DNA of 64,000 nt, taken from positions 1 to 64,000 of IMG/VR virus record IMGVR_UViG_3300049460_000157, one strand, 5' to 3'. Numbering within the stretch: position 1 is the first letter of the stretch; each line of letters opens with the position of its first letter. Under the pieces are notes generated by a model. It did not search any database and had not been told where the DNA came from. It worked only from the letters and a program-made list of their open reading frames with translations. This document shows positions 38,361-47,183 of the stretch, piece by piece. Origin of the DNA: a virus. The translations under genes and the position numbers were made by a program.

Positions 38361-39404
38361 ATGTCCGACGCCAATAACCTGTACCGTTGCACACCCCGTC
38401 AACTCCGCGGTCACATCTCCGACTGCCTCTACGCTGGTCTTGTCCCGTTCGTGCAATCCTCGCCGGGCGTGGGCAAGTCCAGCATCATGAAGCTGGTAGC
38501 GAAAGACCTGAACCTCTCGGTCATCGATCACCGGCTCTCGACCTCTTCTCCTGTGGATCTGTCGGGCCTGCCCCGCTTCGAAGAAGATGGGCTTGCCCGC
38601 TTTTCCCCGTTCGCTGACCTGTTCCCACTGCAGCAGACCCCGGTGCCGGAAGGCAAAGAGGGCTGGATGCTGTTTCTCGACGAGTTCAACTCGTCCTCCA
38701 AGAGCGTGCAGGCCGCGGCCTACAAGCTGGTCCTGGACCGCATGGTGGGACAGCACGAGCTGCACCCGAACTGTGTCGTCTCGGCGGCCGGCAACCTGGC
38801 CACCGACCGGGCGATCGTCAACAACCTGTCGACGGCCATGCAGTCCCGCGTGGTGCACCTCGAGCTCGAGGTGAACTTCGAGGAGTGGCTGTATGACGTG
38901 GCGCTCAAGGAGAGCTACGACAGCCGCATCATTGCGTACCTGTCGCAGTATCCGAGCAAGCTGATGGACTTCCGCCCGGACCACAACGAGAAGACGTTCT
39001 GCTGCCCGCGTACGTGGGAGTTCATGAACCGTCTGATCAAGGGCAACGAGGTCACCGAGGCGAAGGCTTCACTCTACGCCGGCACGCTCACCTCGGGCGT
39101 GGCGGTGGACTTCATCACGTTCACCAAGGTCTTCCACAACATGGTGAAGATCGATCAGGTGATCCGTGATCCGCACGGCATGCCGGTACCGAACGACAAC
39201 AACGCGAAGTGGGCGACGATCTCACACCTGATGGAAGGGGTGAACGATCTGAACTTCGATCCGCTGTGCACCTACGCCAGCCGCTTCGACCTGTCGTTCA
39301 AGATCCTGTTCTTCCGCTCAGTGATGGTCCGTCAGCCGACGCTGCGCCAGCACCCGGCATTCGCACAGGCCATGTCGCAACTGAGTCGCTATCTGAACGG
39401 ATAA
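38361..39404 (+). CDS. MoxR-like AAA ATPase (N4 gp24-like)
   Basis: 'SSPGVGKS', 'LFLDEFN', 'AAGN', 'CPRTWEF'. Confidence 0.88.
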   Translation: MSDANNLYRCTPRQLRGHISDCLYAGLVPFVQSSPGVGKSSIMKLVAKDLNLSVIDHRLSTSSPVDLSGLPRFEEDGLARFSPFADLFPLQQTPVPEGKEGWMLFLDEFNSSSKSVQAAAYKLVLDRMVGQHELHPNCVVSAAGNLATDRAIVNNLSTAMQSRVVHLELEVNFEEWLYDVALKESYDSRIIAYLSQYPSKLMDFRPDHNEKTFCCPRTWEFMNRLIKGNEVTEAKASLYAGTLTSGVAVDFITFTKVFHNMVKIDQVIRDPHGMPVPNDNNAKWATISHLMEGVNDLNFDPLCTYASRFDLSFKILFFRSVMVRQPTLRQHPAFAQAMSQLSRYLNG

Positions 39405-39499
39405 GCCATGCACGCAATCACTTACTGCACCATGTTCTGGAGCCTCTGGTTCCGGGCATGGGGCATCCAGATTCCCAAGTCTTCGAGCCAGGAAGAGAA

Positions 39500-39724
39500 A
39501 TGACCACCGTTTTCATCAACACCAAGGGTCCGATCGACCACACGTACATCAGCCACTTCAAGGGGCAGGGTGCTGTGGTCTACGCCCGTTCGCTGTACGA
39601 AGCCAAGCAGCGTGCCGTCGAGTATTTCAAGCCCAAGAAGAAGGACATGGGCGTGCTGGCTGTCAACCTGCACGAGCTGGGCGAGGGCCGCACGGTCGTC
39701 TACGAAGAAGCCGAGGCGGCGTAA
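39500..39724 (+). CDS. Hypothetical protein
   Basis: 74 aa, 'VYARSLYEAKQRAVEYFKP'. Confidence 0.6.
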   Translation: MTTVFINTKGPIDHTYISHFKGQGAVVYARSLYEAKQRAVEYFKPKKKDMGVLAVNLHELGEGRTVVYEEAEAA

Positions 39725-39939
39725 TGCTGACCAGCATCCAGCAGATGAAGTGCGGCGGGTGCGGTGGGGAGCTGTTCAAGATCTACACCAGCGACAAGGA
39801 AGCAAACATCGGGGTCGAATGCCAGACTCCGAGCTGCCGCAGTATCTCGTGGATCTATCCCCGCCCGGCAAAGCTGGACATTGAGTGGGGCAACCGTCTC
39901 GACGGGGAAGAAAGCGATGGTCGTCTGACCGTCATGTAG
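39724..39939 (+). CDS. Small zinc-ribbon protein
   Basis: CGGCG...CQTPSC. Confidence 0.6.
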   Translation: MLTSIQQMKCGGCGGELFKIYTSDKEANIGVECQTPSCRSISWIYPRPAKLDIEWGNRLDGEESDGRLTVM

Positions 39940-40163
39940 GTAAAGCAGCAAGCTGTGCCATGCCCGAATCCCTGGAAGGTCAAGACATGGTGCAGGTCGT
40001 CCGGTGGTGTCTGGTGGCCCGTAAGGGTAGCGGCCCGTTAGGCTCTTTCGGTGATCCCGAAAACCTGTAGGTGATCCGTGCACGAGTGAACTCTTACTCA
40101 GTGAGCGATAACCCGGCAATGGGGTGGAAAGCCCCTCCCAACAATTCTGATCCAAGGAAAGAA

Positions 40164-40310
40164 ATGAATGCCGGCGAGACCATCAAGTATCTCGAGACAT
40201 TGGGCCTGTCAGCTGCACTCTGGTGGTTCATCGAAAACATGGACGATGCAGGACCAGACCGCACTCAGGTATTTTTCTATCTACGTGAACGTGTCCGAAG
40301 GAGTAGGTAA
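40164..40310 (+). CDS. Hypothetical 48-aa protein
   Basis: AAGGA RBS; stop overlaps next ATG. Confidence 0.5.
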   Translation: MNAGETIKYLETLGLSAALWWFIENMDDAGPDRTQVFFYLRERVRRSR

Positions 40311-41452
40311 TGTTCGAACCCGCTGATGAGAGCACGCTCGACATCGCCCATCTGAACCGGGAACTGGACCGCTGCAAGTCGGCGGTGTTCCTGGGCAAGA
40401 CAGCTGCCTTCCTTGGCTCTGTCATGTGCAGTCTGAACTTCACCTGGACCAACAGCATCCCGACCGCGGCGACCAACGGCGTCGTCTTCTGGTGGAATCC
40501 GCAGTGGTTCCTCTCCCTGGTTCCCGAAGCTCGCAAGATGGTCGTGATGCACGAGCTCTGGCATGTGGCACGCCTGCACATGCTGCGGCTGGGCGATCGC
40601 TGTCCGGACGTGTGGAACAAGGCCTGCGACTACGTGATCAACGGTGAGCTCCAACGGGAGGGCTACTCCTTCGAGGGCACCCACGGGCTGCTCGATCCCC
40701 AGTATGACGGCATGGCCGAGGAGGACGTGTACGACGCCCTGAATACGAATGGCGGTGGTGGCTTCACCGGCGCCTTCGGTCCCGGTACCGGGCAGGACAT
40801 CATCCCGATGACGGCCGAAGAGAAGCACACGGTCATCAACACGGTGGTCACCGCCGTGCACCAGGCGAAGATGGCCGGCGCCGGCAACCTGCCGGGCGGT
40901 ATCGAGGACATCATCGACCAGTTCCTGGCACCAGTGATCCCGTGGCAGACGGTGCTGCACCGCTTCTTCACGCAGCTCACGGAAGAGGACTATACGTGGC
41001 AGCGGCCCGACCGCCGCTTCGCGGACATGTACCTGCCGAGCGAGACCGTGGACGAGGGCGGTCTGGAGAACCTGCGCTACTACCTGGACGTGTCCGGCTC
41101 GATCTCGAAAGCGGACATGGTGCGTTTCAACTCCGAACTCAAGTTTGTGAAAGAAACGTTCAACCCGGAAAAACTGGCCATGATCCAGTTCGACACCCGG
41201 ATTCAGCGAATCGACGTGTGGGAAGCGGAAGATCCGTTCGACAAGATCGAGATCAAGGGCAGGGGAGGCACCAGTCTCGAGTGTGTACGTAGAGATATCT
41301 TGGAAGAGAAGCCAACCGCTGCTATCATCTTTTCCGACCTGCTCTGCAGACCCATGGAACCGCTGGACTTTCCTGTCCCGATCGTCTGGGTCGTGGTCAA
41401 CAACGGCAAGGCCACTGTGCCTTTTGGCGAGAAAGTTCACATAACGGGGTAG
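40310..41452 (+). CDS. Metallopeptidase-vWA protein (N4 gp25-like)
   Basis: 'TAATNG', HExxH 'HELWH', 'DVSGSIS' MIDAS, 'GRGGT'. Confidence 0.88.
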   Translation: MFEPADESTLDIAHLNRELDRCKSAVFLGKTAAFLGSVMCSLNFTWTNSIPTAATNGVVFWWNPQWFLSLVPEARKMVVMHELWHVARLHMLRLGDRCPDVWNKACDYVINGELQREGYSFEGTHGLLDPQYDGMAEEDVYDALNTNGGGGFTGAFGPGTGQDIIPMTAEEKHTVINTVVTAVHQAKMAGAGNLPGGIEDIIDQFLAPVIPWQTVLHRFFTQLTEEDYTWQRPDRRFADMYLPSETVDEGGLENLRYYLDVSGSISKADMVRFNSELKFVKETFNPEKLAMIQFDTRIQRIDVWEAEDPFDKIEIKGRGGTSLECVRRDILEEKPTAAIIFSDLLCRPMEPLDFPVPIVWVVVNNGKATVPFGEKVHITG

Positions 41453-41457
41453 CACTG

Positions 41458-41982
41458 ATGGTGATCAATGGCAACGGGCTGCTCGCAGCAGCTCCGATTG
41501 TTGGCATGTTCCCTGGCAAGTTCAAGGCGCACGGCGTGAGCCACGGCCTGAGCGAAGCCGGGTATGACATCCGTATCAAGCAGGAGATCCAGTTCTGTTC
41601 ACTGGATCATGTCCGTCACCATGTCATCTCGGTCGAACGCAACGAGATTGGTCAGGTACAGCGCTACCACAAGAAGCCGGGACGCTTCATCCTGGCCAGT
41701 GCTCTGGAAGAGTTCGACGTGCCGTCCGACATGATCGGGATCGTGCACGACAAGTCGACCTGGGCACGGCAAGGCCTGTCGGTATTCAACACCGTCATCG
41801 AGAGCGGGTGGAAGGGTTACCTGACACTCGAGCTCGTCTACCACGGCAACGACAACCTGGTCATTCCGGCCGGCGCCGGCATTGCGCAGGTGATCTTTCA
41901 CAGGATCAGCGAGCATGCCACCTATGTCGGCAAGTACCAGGACCAGGCCAATGAGCCAGTCGCCGCAATCGCATCTGTGTGA
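41458..41982 (+). CDS. dcd: dCTP deaminase
   Basis: 'GYDIRI', 'DKSTWARQGL', 'VIESGWKGYLTLE', 'GKYQDQ'. Confidence 0.88.
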   Translation: MVINGNGLLAAAPIVGMFPGKFKAHGVSHGLSEAGYDIRIKQEIQFCSLDHVRHHVISVERNEIGQVQRYHKKPGRFILASALEEFDVPSDMIGIVHDKSTWARQGLSVFNTVIESGWKGYLTLELVYHGNDNLVIPAGAGIAQVIFHRISEHATYVGKYQDQANEPVAAIASV

Positions 41983-42190
41983 GTGCTGCGCCAAGCCCAA
42001 TGGCTGGATGTTCATGGAAAGTCGATACGCACACGCCTGTGGTGAGTGCGTAGACGACGGTCTGGCCGAAGAGTGCGAGTTCACGGGCGAGTACCGCCGC
42101 GTCGAGCGTTGCGTGGGATGTACGAAGCACGGCCCGGTCAATCACACGGGCGGCTATTACTGCGGCGGCGGTCCTCGCTGCTGCCCTTAA
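41951..42190 (+). CDS. Cys-rich small protein
   Basis: 79 aa with multiple CxxC motifs. Confidence 0.55.
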   Translation: MSQSPQSHLCECCAKPNGWMFMESRYAHACGECVDDGLAEECEFTGEYRRVERCVGCTKHGPVNHTGGYYCGGGPRCCP

Positions 42191-42228
42191 TTCGTGGTTT
42201 GTTTGGTTCCGCACATACAGTAAAACTG

Positions 42229-42257
42229 TTGACAGGTAAGGGATGTGCGGTAATAAT
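42229..42257 (+). promoter_or_regulatory. Host sigma70-like promoter
   Basis: TTGACA-17 bp-AATAAT. Confidence 0.55.
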
Positions 42258-42285
42258 CTAGACATAACTTGTAGGTCAAAAGTTG

Positions 42286-42482
42286 ATGGATAGCTGGCAG
42301 CGCTTTAGCTGACGCCGCTGGAGACAAGGCTGGGCCTCAACGCCGAAGGCAGAGGTGAATGCGCTGCGGCGCACATCAGTCCACTGTTAACGCGGAACAA
42401 ATCGGATTCGACCGAGTTGTTAGAGCGCTGCCAGATATCCATATCCCCTGAAGGGCGAAGATCGAAAGGTCTTCGCCCTTTT
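42286..42482 (+). ncRNA. Candidate structured ncRNA closed by 24-bp terminal stem, with its own terminator
   Basis: 42286-42309 pairs with 42419-42442 (2 G-U, 1 mismatch); internal hairpins; terminator aagggcgaagatc-gaaa-ggtcttcgccctttt. Confidence 0.7.
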
Positions 42483-42511
42483 CCATTAGTAAACGGAGAG
42501 AGATTTAAGAC

Positions 42512-43183
42512 ATGGCACCAACAATGAGTAGTGCTGAGCGCGATGTGCTTAATGAGCGTCGGCGGCAGATCAAAGAAGAAGGCTTCACCCATCGTGGTGA
42601 TGACCAGTACGACCCCGGCACGCTGGCGTCAGCTGCCACCTGCTATGGCATGTATGCCGCCGATATGCTGCACCCCCTGAGCCAGGGGGATGGATATGCA
42701 GCACTCGAAGGTGCGCCTCCGCTGAACTGGCCATGGCGTGCTGAGTGGTGGAAGCCGAAGACTTCACGCGATGCGATGGTCAAGGCCGCTGCCCTGCTGA
42801 TAGCTGAGATCGAGAAGTTCGACCGCAGCAACCCCGGCACCGCCAGGAACGACGACGGTGTAGCAACCTACGTTGAAGTGTCCAAGTCGACGAACGGAAA
42901 GGACGTGATCCCGGAGATGACCGATCCGCTCGGTGCGTACTGGGAGCAACCCGACCGTCAGATGATCTTCATCCGTGACGGCAAGGCGCTGCTCGATCCG
43001 CAGGACTTCAAGAAGCTGTCGAGCTACGACACATCGCTTCCGTCCGGTGTGTACCCCGGAAAGATGTGGAAGCGCACGAACGCCGGCGTCTCGTACCTCT
43101 GCTGGTTCGGTGAGGACAAGGGCGGCCACTGCTCGATCAACCACCTGCCGATCGAAGTTGCACAGCAATCAATGGCAGCCTGA
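42512..43183 (+). CDS. Hypothetical two-domain phage protein
   Basis: 'DVLNERRRQI..EG', 'WPW..EWWKP', 'KAAALLIAEIE' plus 'YWEQP...SLPSGVYPGKMWK'. Confidence 0.7.
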   Translation: MAPTMSSAERDVLNERRRQIKEEGFTHRGDDQYDPGTLASAATCYGMYAADMLHPLSQGDGYAALEGAPPLNWPWRAEWWKPKTSRDAMVKAAALLIAEIEKFDRSNPGTARNDDGVATYVEVSKSTNGKDVIPEMTDPLGAYWEQPDRQMIFIRDGKALLDPQDFKKLSSYDTSLPSGVYPGKMWKRTNAGVSYLCWFGEDKGGHCSINHLPIEVAQQSMAA

Positions 43184-43198
43184 ACCAAGGAGAACACG

Positions 43199-43447
43199 AT
43201 GCGCAAGGTCAGTCTTCATCTGGAAAAGGAGTTCGTCGAAAAGCTGCAGCACGAGCTGGGCCGGGAGTTCCTGAACGCCATCGCCTACCTGTCGCTGTGG
43301 TCCATGACCTACGACGATGTGGAGATCTACCGCGACGGCAAGGGCAACGACCTGATCGCCTACTACCGTCGCACGGAAGGCGGAGCCCAGTACACCATCG
43401 GCGCCATCTGGCGCGAGGGTGAGGGCAAGTACAGCTTCCACTCATAG
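43199..43447 (+). CDS. Hypothetical protein
   Basis: 82 aa, AAGGAG RBS. Confidence 0.65.
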   Translation: MRKVSLHLEKEFVEKLQHELGREFLNAIAYLSLWSMTYDDVEIYRDGKGNDLIAYYRRTEGGAQYTIGAIWREGEGKYSFHS

Positions 43448-43472
43448 GAGCCAGGCATGAAAGGACCGTGCG

Positions 43473-43805
43473 ATGTGTGATGAGTCGAAGCGGGGTAGTG
43501 GTCGCACTCACCGGATGCTGCTAGATGCCATCGCAGTGAAGTTGCATAGCCCGCACCAGGAGGTCTGGATCGTGGGCGAAAGCCAGAATCACTGCCGTGA
43601 AATGCACATGCACCTGGCACTGATGACACAAATGCATGAGCGGGAACACATTACGTTTACTACGCTGGATTCCCATTTGATGCGTGACTTCGACCTGAAG
43701 ACCATGCAGCCCCGGCTTGGCAACATTCGGGTGCTTTTCGACCATTACACCATCAGGCGGCATTTAAATGTGCTGCTGACCGAGCTAACGAGATACGACC
43801 CATGA
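43473..43805 (+). CDS. Hypothetical protein with degenerate P-loop-like start
   Basis: 'RGSGRT', 'VLFDH'. Confidence 0.55.
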   Translation: MCDESKRGSGRTHRMLLDAIAVKLHSPHQEVWIVGESQNHCREMHMHLALMTQMHEREHITFTTLDSHLMRDFDLKTMQPRLGNIRVLFDHYTIRRHLNVLLTELTRYDP

Positions 43806-44047
43806 AACAGATGATTGCGCCCAACGGCCGGTACATCGTCGGCACCAAGGAACTGGTACCTGCCTGTGCCAACACCAACGGCTTCAGCGATCTGGGTGAT
43901 CCCATCTACGCCGGTGGCAGCGAAATGTACTGGGACGATTCGAAGACCCAGTATCACGAAGGCCGTGATGGCAACGGCAACATGATCGTCATCGACGAGT
44001 GCGGAGATGAGCACGTTGCCTCTGACTGCAAGCTGGTGGACGAATGA
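43802..44047 (+). CDS. Hypothetical protein
   Basis: 81 aa, translationally coupled. Confidence 0.6.
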   Translation: MKQMIAPNGRYIVGTKELVPACANTNGFSDLGDPIYAGGSEMYWDDSKTQYHEGRDGNGNMIVIDECGDEHVASDCKLVDE

Positions 44048-44520
44048 AGCTCAGCGAATTCGTCTCCATCTACAAGCCCGAGATCATGCTGGAGAACTAC
44101 CAGCGCAGGACACTCGAAATGCTCGACCAGCTCGACTTTGCGGAAATCGAGAAACGCATGCTCGCTTCGCAGATCCGCGAACCTGGCAAGTCCTTTCTCG
44201 AACAGCTTGTGTTGGGCGTGGACTTCGCCACGCCTGGCTACGGTGACCTAACCTCGGTGTGCATCGGCCGCAAGATCTGGATGGAAAAAGGTGAGGTCCA
44301 GATGATGATCATCGACGACATCTACACCGAGCCGGCCGCGTTGCAGACACCGTTCCGTAATCCCGGTCTGATCGACGAGCTGCTAGCCATGGAAGCTCGT
44401 CTTCCTCCTCTGGCTCAGGATGAACCGGAGCCAAGGGCAAAGAACGGCGCCCTGGCCAGCAAGAAAACCGAGCAGGCGAAAGCCAAGCTCGCCTTCTACC
44501 AGGGAAAACGGAGATTCTGA
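44044..44520 (+). CDS. Hypothetical protein
   Basis: 158 aa, translationally coupled. Confidence 0.6.
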   Translation: MKLSEFVSIYKPEIMLENYQRRTLEMLDQLDFAEIEKRMLASQIREPGKSFLEQLVLGVDFATPGYGDLTSVCIGRKIWMEKGEVQMMIIDDIYTEPAALQTPFRNPGLIDELLAMEARLPPLAQDEPEPRAKNGALASKKTEQAKAKLAFYQGKRRF

Positions 44521-44777
44521 TGGACATACGTGAATTCATGGAGTGGTTCGAGCAGAACTACCCCAAAGAGACTGTGATCATGGATCCGGTCTGGCATGGC
44601 CTGAAGATCTGGAAAGCCGCGCAACCTGCCCAGGCCATCGTCGTCGGCTGGGCCAACCGTCATGATCTGGCCGATGTGATCTCGGACAAGCAGAAGCAAC
44701 TGATGATCACTGTGTCCGGCCTGGAAAACCGACTCCTCGCGGAGAAATATTCGATCCCATTGATCCAGAGAAACTGA
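44520..44777 (+). CDS. Hypothetical protein
   Basis: 85 aa, TGATG overlap. Confidence 0.6.
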   Translation: MDIREFMEWFEQNYPKETVIMDPVWHGLKIWKAAQPAQAIVVGWANRHDLADVISDKQKQLMITVSGLENRLLAEKYSIPLIQRN

Positions 44778-44986
44778 TGAACAGCAAATCGATCAAGTAC
44801 CGGGACACGACAGCGGCCCCGGGTTCGCAGCTCTACCAGGCGCTCGAAGACGGCGATCAGGCCAAGGCCAAGGCTATCTACGAGCAGTGTGAGCAGGATC
44901 TGGCCAGGCTCGAAGGCCGCTGCGAGACCTGCAACAAACCCTGGGAGCAACACGACTTCGGCGTGCCTGCCCCGACCTGCCCGTAG
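44777..44986 (+). CDS. Hypothetical protein
   Basis: 69 aa, TGATG overlap. Confidence 0.6.
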   Translation: MNSKSIKYRDTTAAPGSQLYQALEDGDQAKAKAIYEQCEQDLARLEGRCETCNKPWEQHDFGVPAPTCP

Positions 44987-44995
44987 GAGATTCTG

Positions 44996-45535
44996 ATGAC
45001 CGCACAAATAACTGAAGAAGAAGTGATCCAGACCTGCGAGGTTCACGGGTTTCCTTTGGACCCCGACCAATTGGAAGTCGTCACTGCCGTGGTCAATCAG
45101 ATCCTGCTCTCTGCAAGCAAGCCTGCCGCGAAAAGTTGCCAGACGGGATGGGACGACATTTGCCACATGGCGAAGCATGACGGCGTGGTTTGCCCTGACG
45201 AATCCTGTGACATCGACGATGGTATCCGTGCCGCGCCATCACCTGCGCAGGGCGACGATTGGATAGTCAACTCATTCCACGGCTATTTGCAATATCGGGA
45301 AGGCATCAAGCCGCTGCCTGACGGCGTCAAGCTCTACGCACGCGCCGCACTGCAAGCCGCCCCAGCGGTAGATGCGCCGGCGCTGACAGAACTGAAAAAC
45401 ATTGCCGAGGCGAAACGATTCAACCGGGATCACTTCGATGATGACACTGCGTTCGCAGACTGGGTGCAAAGCCGTGCACGGCACATCCTCGCCGCACAGC
45501 CAGCAAATGGAGACTCTGATGGACGACAAACTTGA
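44996..45535 (+). CDS. Mosaic hypothetical protein
   Basis: 179 aa, AGGAG RBS. Confidence 0.6.
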   Translation: MTAQITEEEVIQTCEVHGFPLDPDQLEVVTAVVNQILLSASKPAAKSCQTGWDDICHMAKHDGVVCPDESCDIDDGIRAAPSPAQGDDWIVNSFHGYLQYREGIKPLPDGVKLYARAALQAAPAVDAPALTELKNIAEAKRFNRDHFDDDTAFADWVQSRARHILAAQPANGDSDGRQT

Positions 45536-45743
45536 ACTGCTGCGAGCCGCTGTTGCGGCTCGTATTGCCTACTGGGATGCGCTCGGCGCACTCGAAAAGG
45601 AACTGTGCCCGGAAGGGGACATCAGCGATCGGGCCAGCGACAAGCTGCACGACTTCATCTCGGATCTGGCTGCTGGGGGTGTGCCCGACCAGCTGGACCA
45701 GGAGCACCTGGATCGTGTCATCGAAATAGCCGGTTGGGAGTAA
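45519..45743 (+). CDS. Hypothetical protein
   Basis: 74 aa, GGAG RBS. Confidence 0.6.
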   Translation: MDDKLELLRAAVAARIAYWDALGALEKELCPEGDISDRASDKLHDFISDLAAGGVPDQLDQEHLDRVIEIAGWE

Positions 45744-45746
45744 GCA

Positions 45747-46220
45747 GTGCGTACGCAATTTCATCGATCGGTCAAACGGCCGGTCAAGCTGCCGGCGATC
45801 TTCCGGCACACACCAGACCAGGAACTGAGTCTCAAACTTATCCCGCACGGCCATCTTCAGGCCGTAGTGGACGGCCGCGGTACCGAAGAAGAGTTCCTGA
45901 CTGTCACCTTCCGGGTGATGGTCGGTGGCTCACTCACAGCATTCGCTGACGAAGCAGGCGAGAAAGCACTCGAAGGCGTCTATGTCGATGCACTCAAGGC
46001 ACTCGTTTCTGTGGGTGAACGCTACGAAAGACTCGGCAAGTTCGGCTGTAACGGCGATGAACTGAAGAGTCTGAAGGACGCAATCAACCTGACCGACGAT
46101 CTGCAGGAAGTCACCACCCGCCGACAGCAGGCGGAGATGTACAAACAGGTGATGGGCTTTGTCGGAGGCTTTGCTTTCACGATGAAGAACCTTCGCACAC
46201 TCGTGGGGAAGATGCAGTGA
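45747..46220 (+). CDS. Hypothetical protein
   Basis: 157 aa, GGAG RBS, GTG start. Confidence 0.65.
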   Translation: MRTQFHRSVKRPVKLPAIFRHTPDQELSLKLIPHGHLQAVVDGRGTEEEFLTVTFRVMVGGSLTAFADEAGEKALEGVYVDALKALVSVGERYERLGKFGCNGDELKSLKDAINLTDDLQEVTTRRQQAEMYKQVMGFVGGFAFTMKNLRTLVGKMQ

Positions 46221-46570
46221 CTACCTGTGAGCTGGTGCTGGAGCTTCTCGAGTTCGGGGAGATGACCGTGACCGAGTTGTTTGAGTCCCTTGGCTCCTTT
46301 CCCCGGTCGACCATCGGCAGTGCCGTGGAGAGACTGCATGAGCGCAACCTCATCCACGTCCACTGCTATGAGCGCACCCGTGTCGAGCCGGCACCCGTTT
46401 ACGCACTGGGCGCCGGCAGTGATGCCAGGAAGCCTCCGGCACGGACATCGACGCAGCGTTCCCGCAAGTACCGGGAGAAACACACCGCAGTGGTGCGGGC
46501 AAGACGGGCTGCACGGGATGACAGCAAGTTCCGCCATGTCATCCAGCTGTTGGCACACGTCACCGGTTAA
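46217..46570 (+). CDS. Winged-helix DNA-binding protein
   Basis: 'VLELLE.GEMTVTEL......RSTIGSAVERLHERNLI' wHTH with basic C-terminus. Confidence 0.65.
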   Translation: MTTCELVLELLEFGEMTVTELFESLGSFPRSTIGSAVERLHERNLIHVHCYERTRVEPAPVYALGAGSDARKPPARTSTQRSRKYREKHTAVVRARRAARDDSKFRHVIQLLAHVTG

Positions 46571-46573
46571 CGT

Positions 46574-46768
46574 TAGAATCAAGTTTGTGGGACGCTTCTG
46601 TAGATGCTGTCAACAGGAGCGGCGTGTTTAGGGGGGGTATGAAAATGCCTCCCCTCTTTTTCCCGGCTTGATAGAGATATCTTTGTAGTCTCTCAGCAGC
46701 TGGTCGGTTATCCCCCTCGGATGGCCAGCTGTTTCGGGGCAGGCACGGCAATGCCTGCCCCATTTTTT
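46574..46768 (+). ncRNA. Two tandem motif-hairpin-terminator units (candidate sRNAs)
   Basis: TAGA..TTTG motifs at 46574 and 46672, each followed by a hairpin and a GC-rich terminator with U-run. Confidence 0.55.
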
Positions 46769-46878
46769 CCAGTCTGTTTATCCAGGGGATCTGGGCGGCA
46801 AACCCGATCCGAAATTAGGATGCCGCCTGAAATTGGAAAGGGGTCCAGATCTCCGCGATAAGCTGATTAGGAGGACTA

Positions 46879-47181
46879 ATGCTGTCCGAGAAGAAATACC
46901 GCGAGGTCGTCGGTGAAATATGCCGAAACCATTTGCGGGACAACAACGACTTCATCCTCTCGCTGGCCATGAACGGTCTGGTGTTGCTGCCTGTGGAGAG
47001 CAATCCGACCACACCGTTCATGCACTACTGGCTAACACCCGATCCGATCTACGAGATTGGAACCAACGGGGAAGTGATCACACCCTGGGTGCAGAGCTGG
47101 ATCGCTGACTTTGACTGGCAAGAAAACAAACGGCCTGAAGCCGTATTCACGTTCACCCCACTGAACCCATTAGAGAGATAG
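46879..47181 (+). CDS. Hypothetical protein
   Basis: 100 aa, AGGAGG RBS. Confidence 0.65.
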   Translation: MLSEKKYREVVGEICRNHLRDNNDFILSLAMNGLVLLPVESNPTTPFMHYWLTPDPIYEIGTNGEVITPWVQSWIADFDWQENKRPEAVFTFTPLNPLER

Positions 47182-47183
47182 AC

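Noticed and set aside
42286-42442. Complete retron or 6S RNA call
   Set aside because: No reverse transcriptase (YxDD) in the window and no long msd hairpin; the interior is multibranched rather than the 6S rod with a central bubble. Kept only as an unnamed ncRNA.
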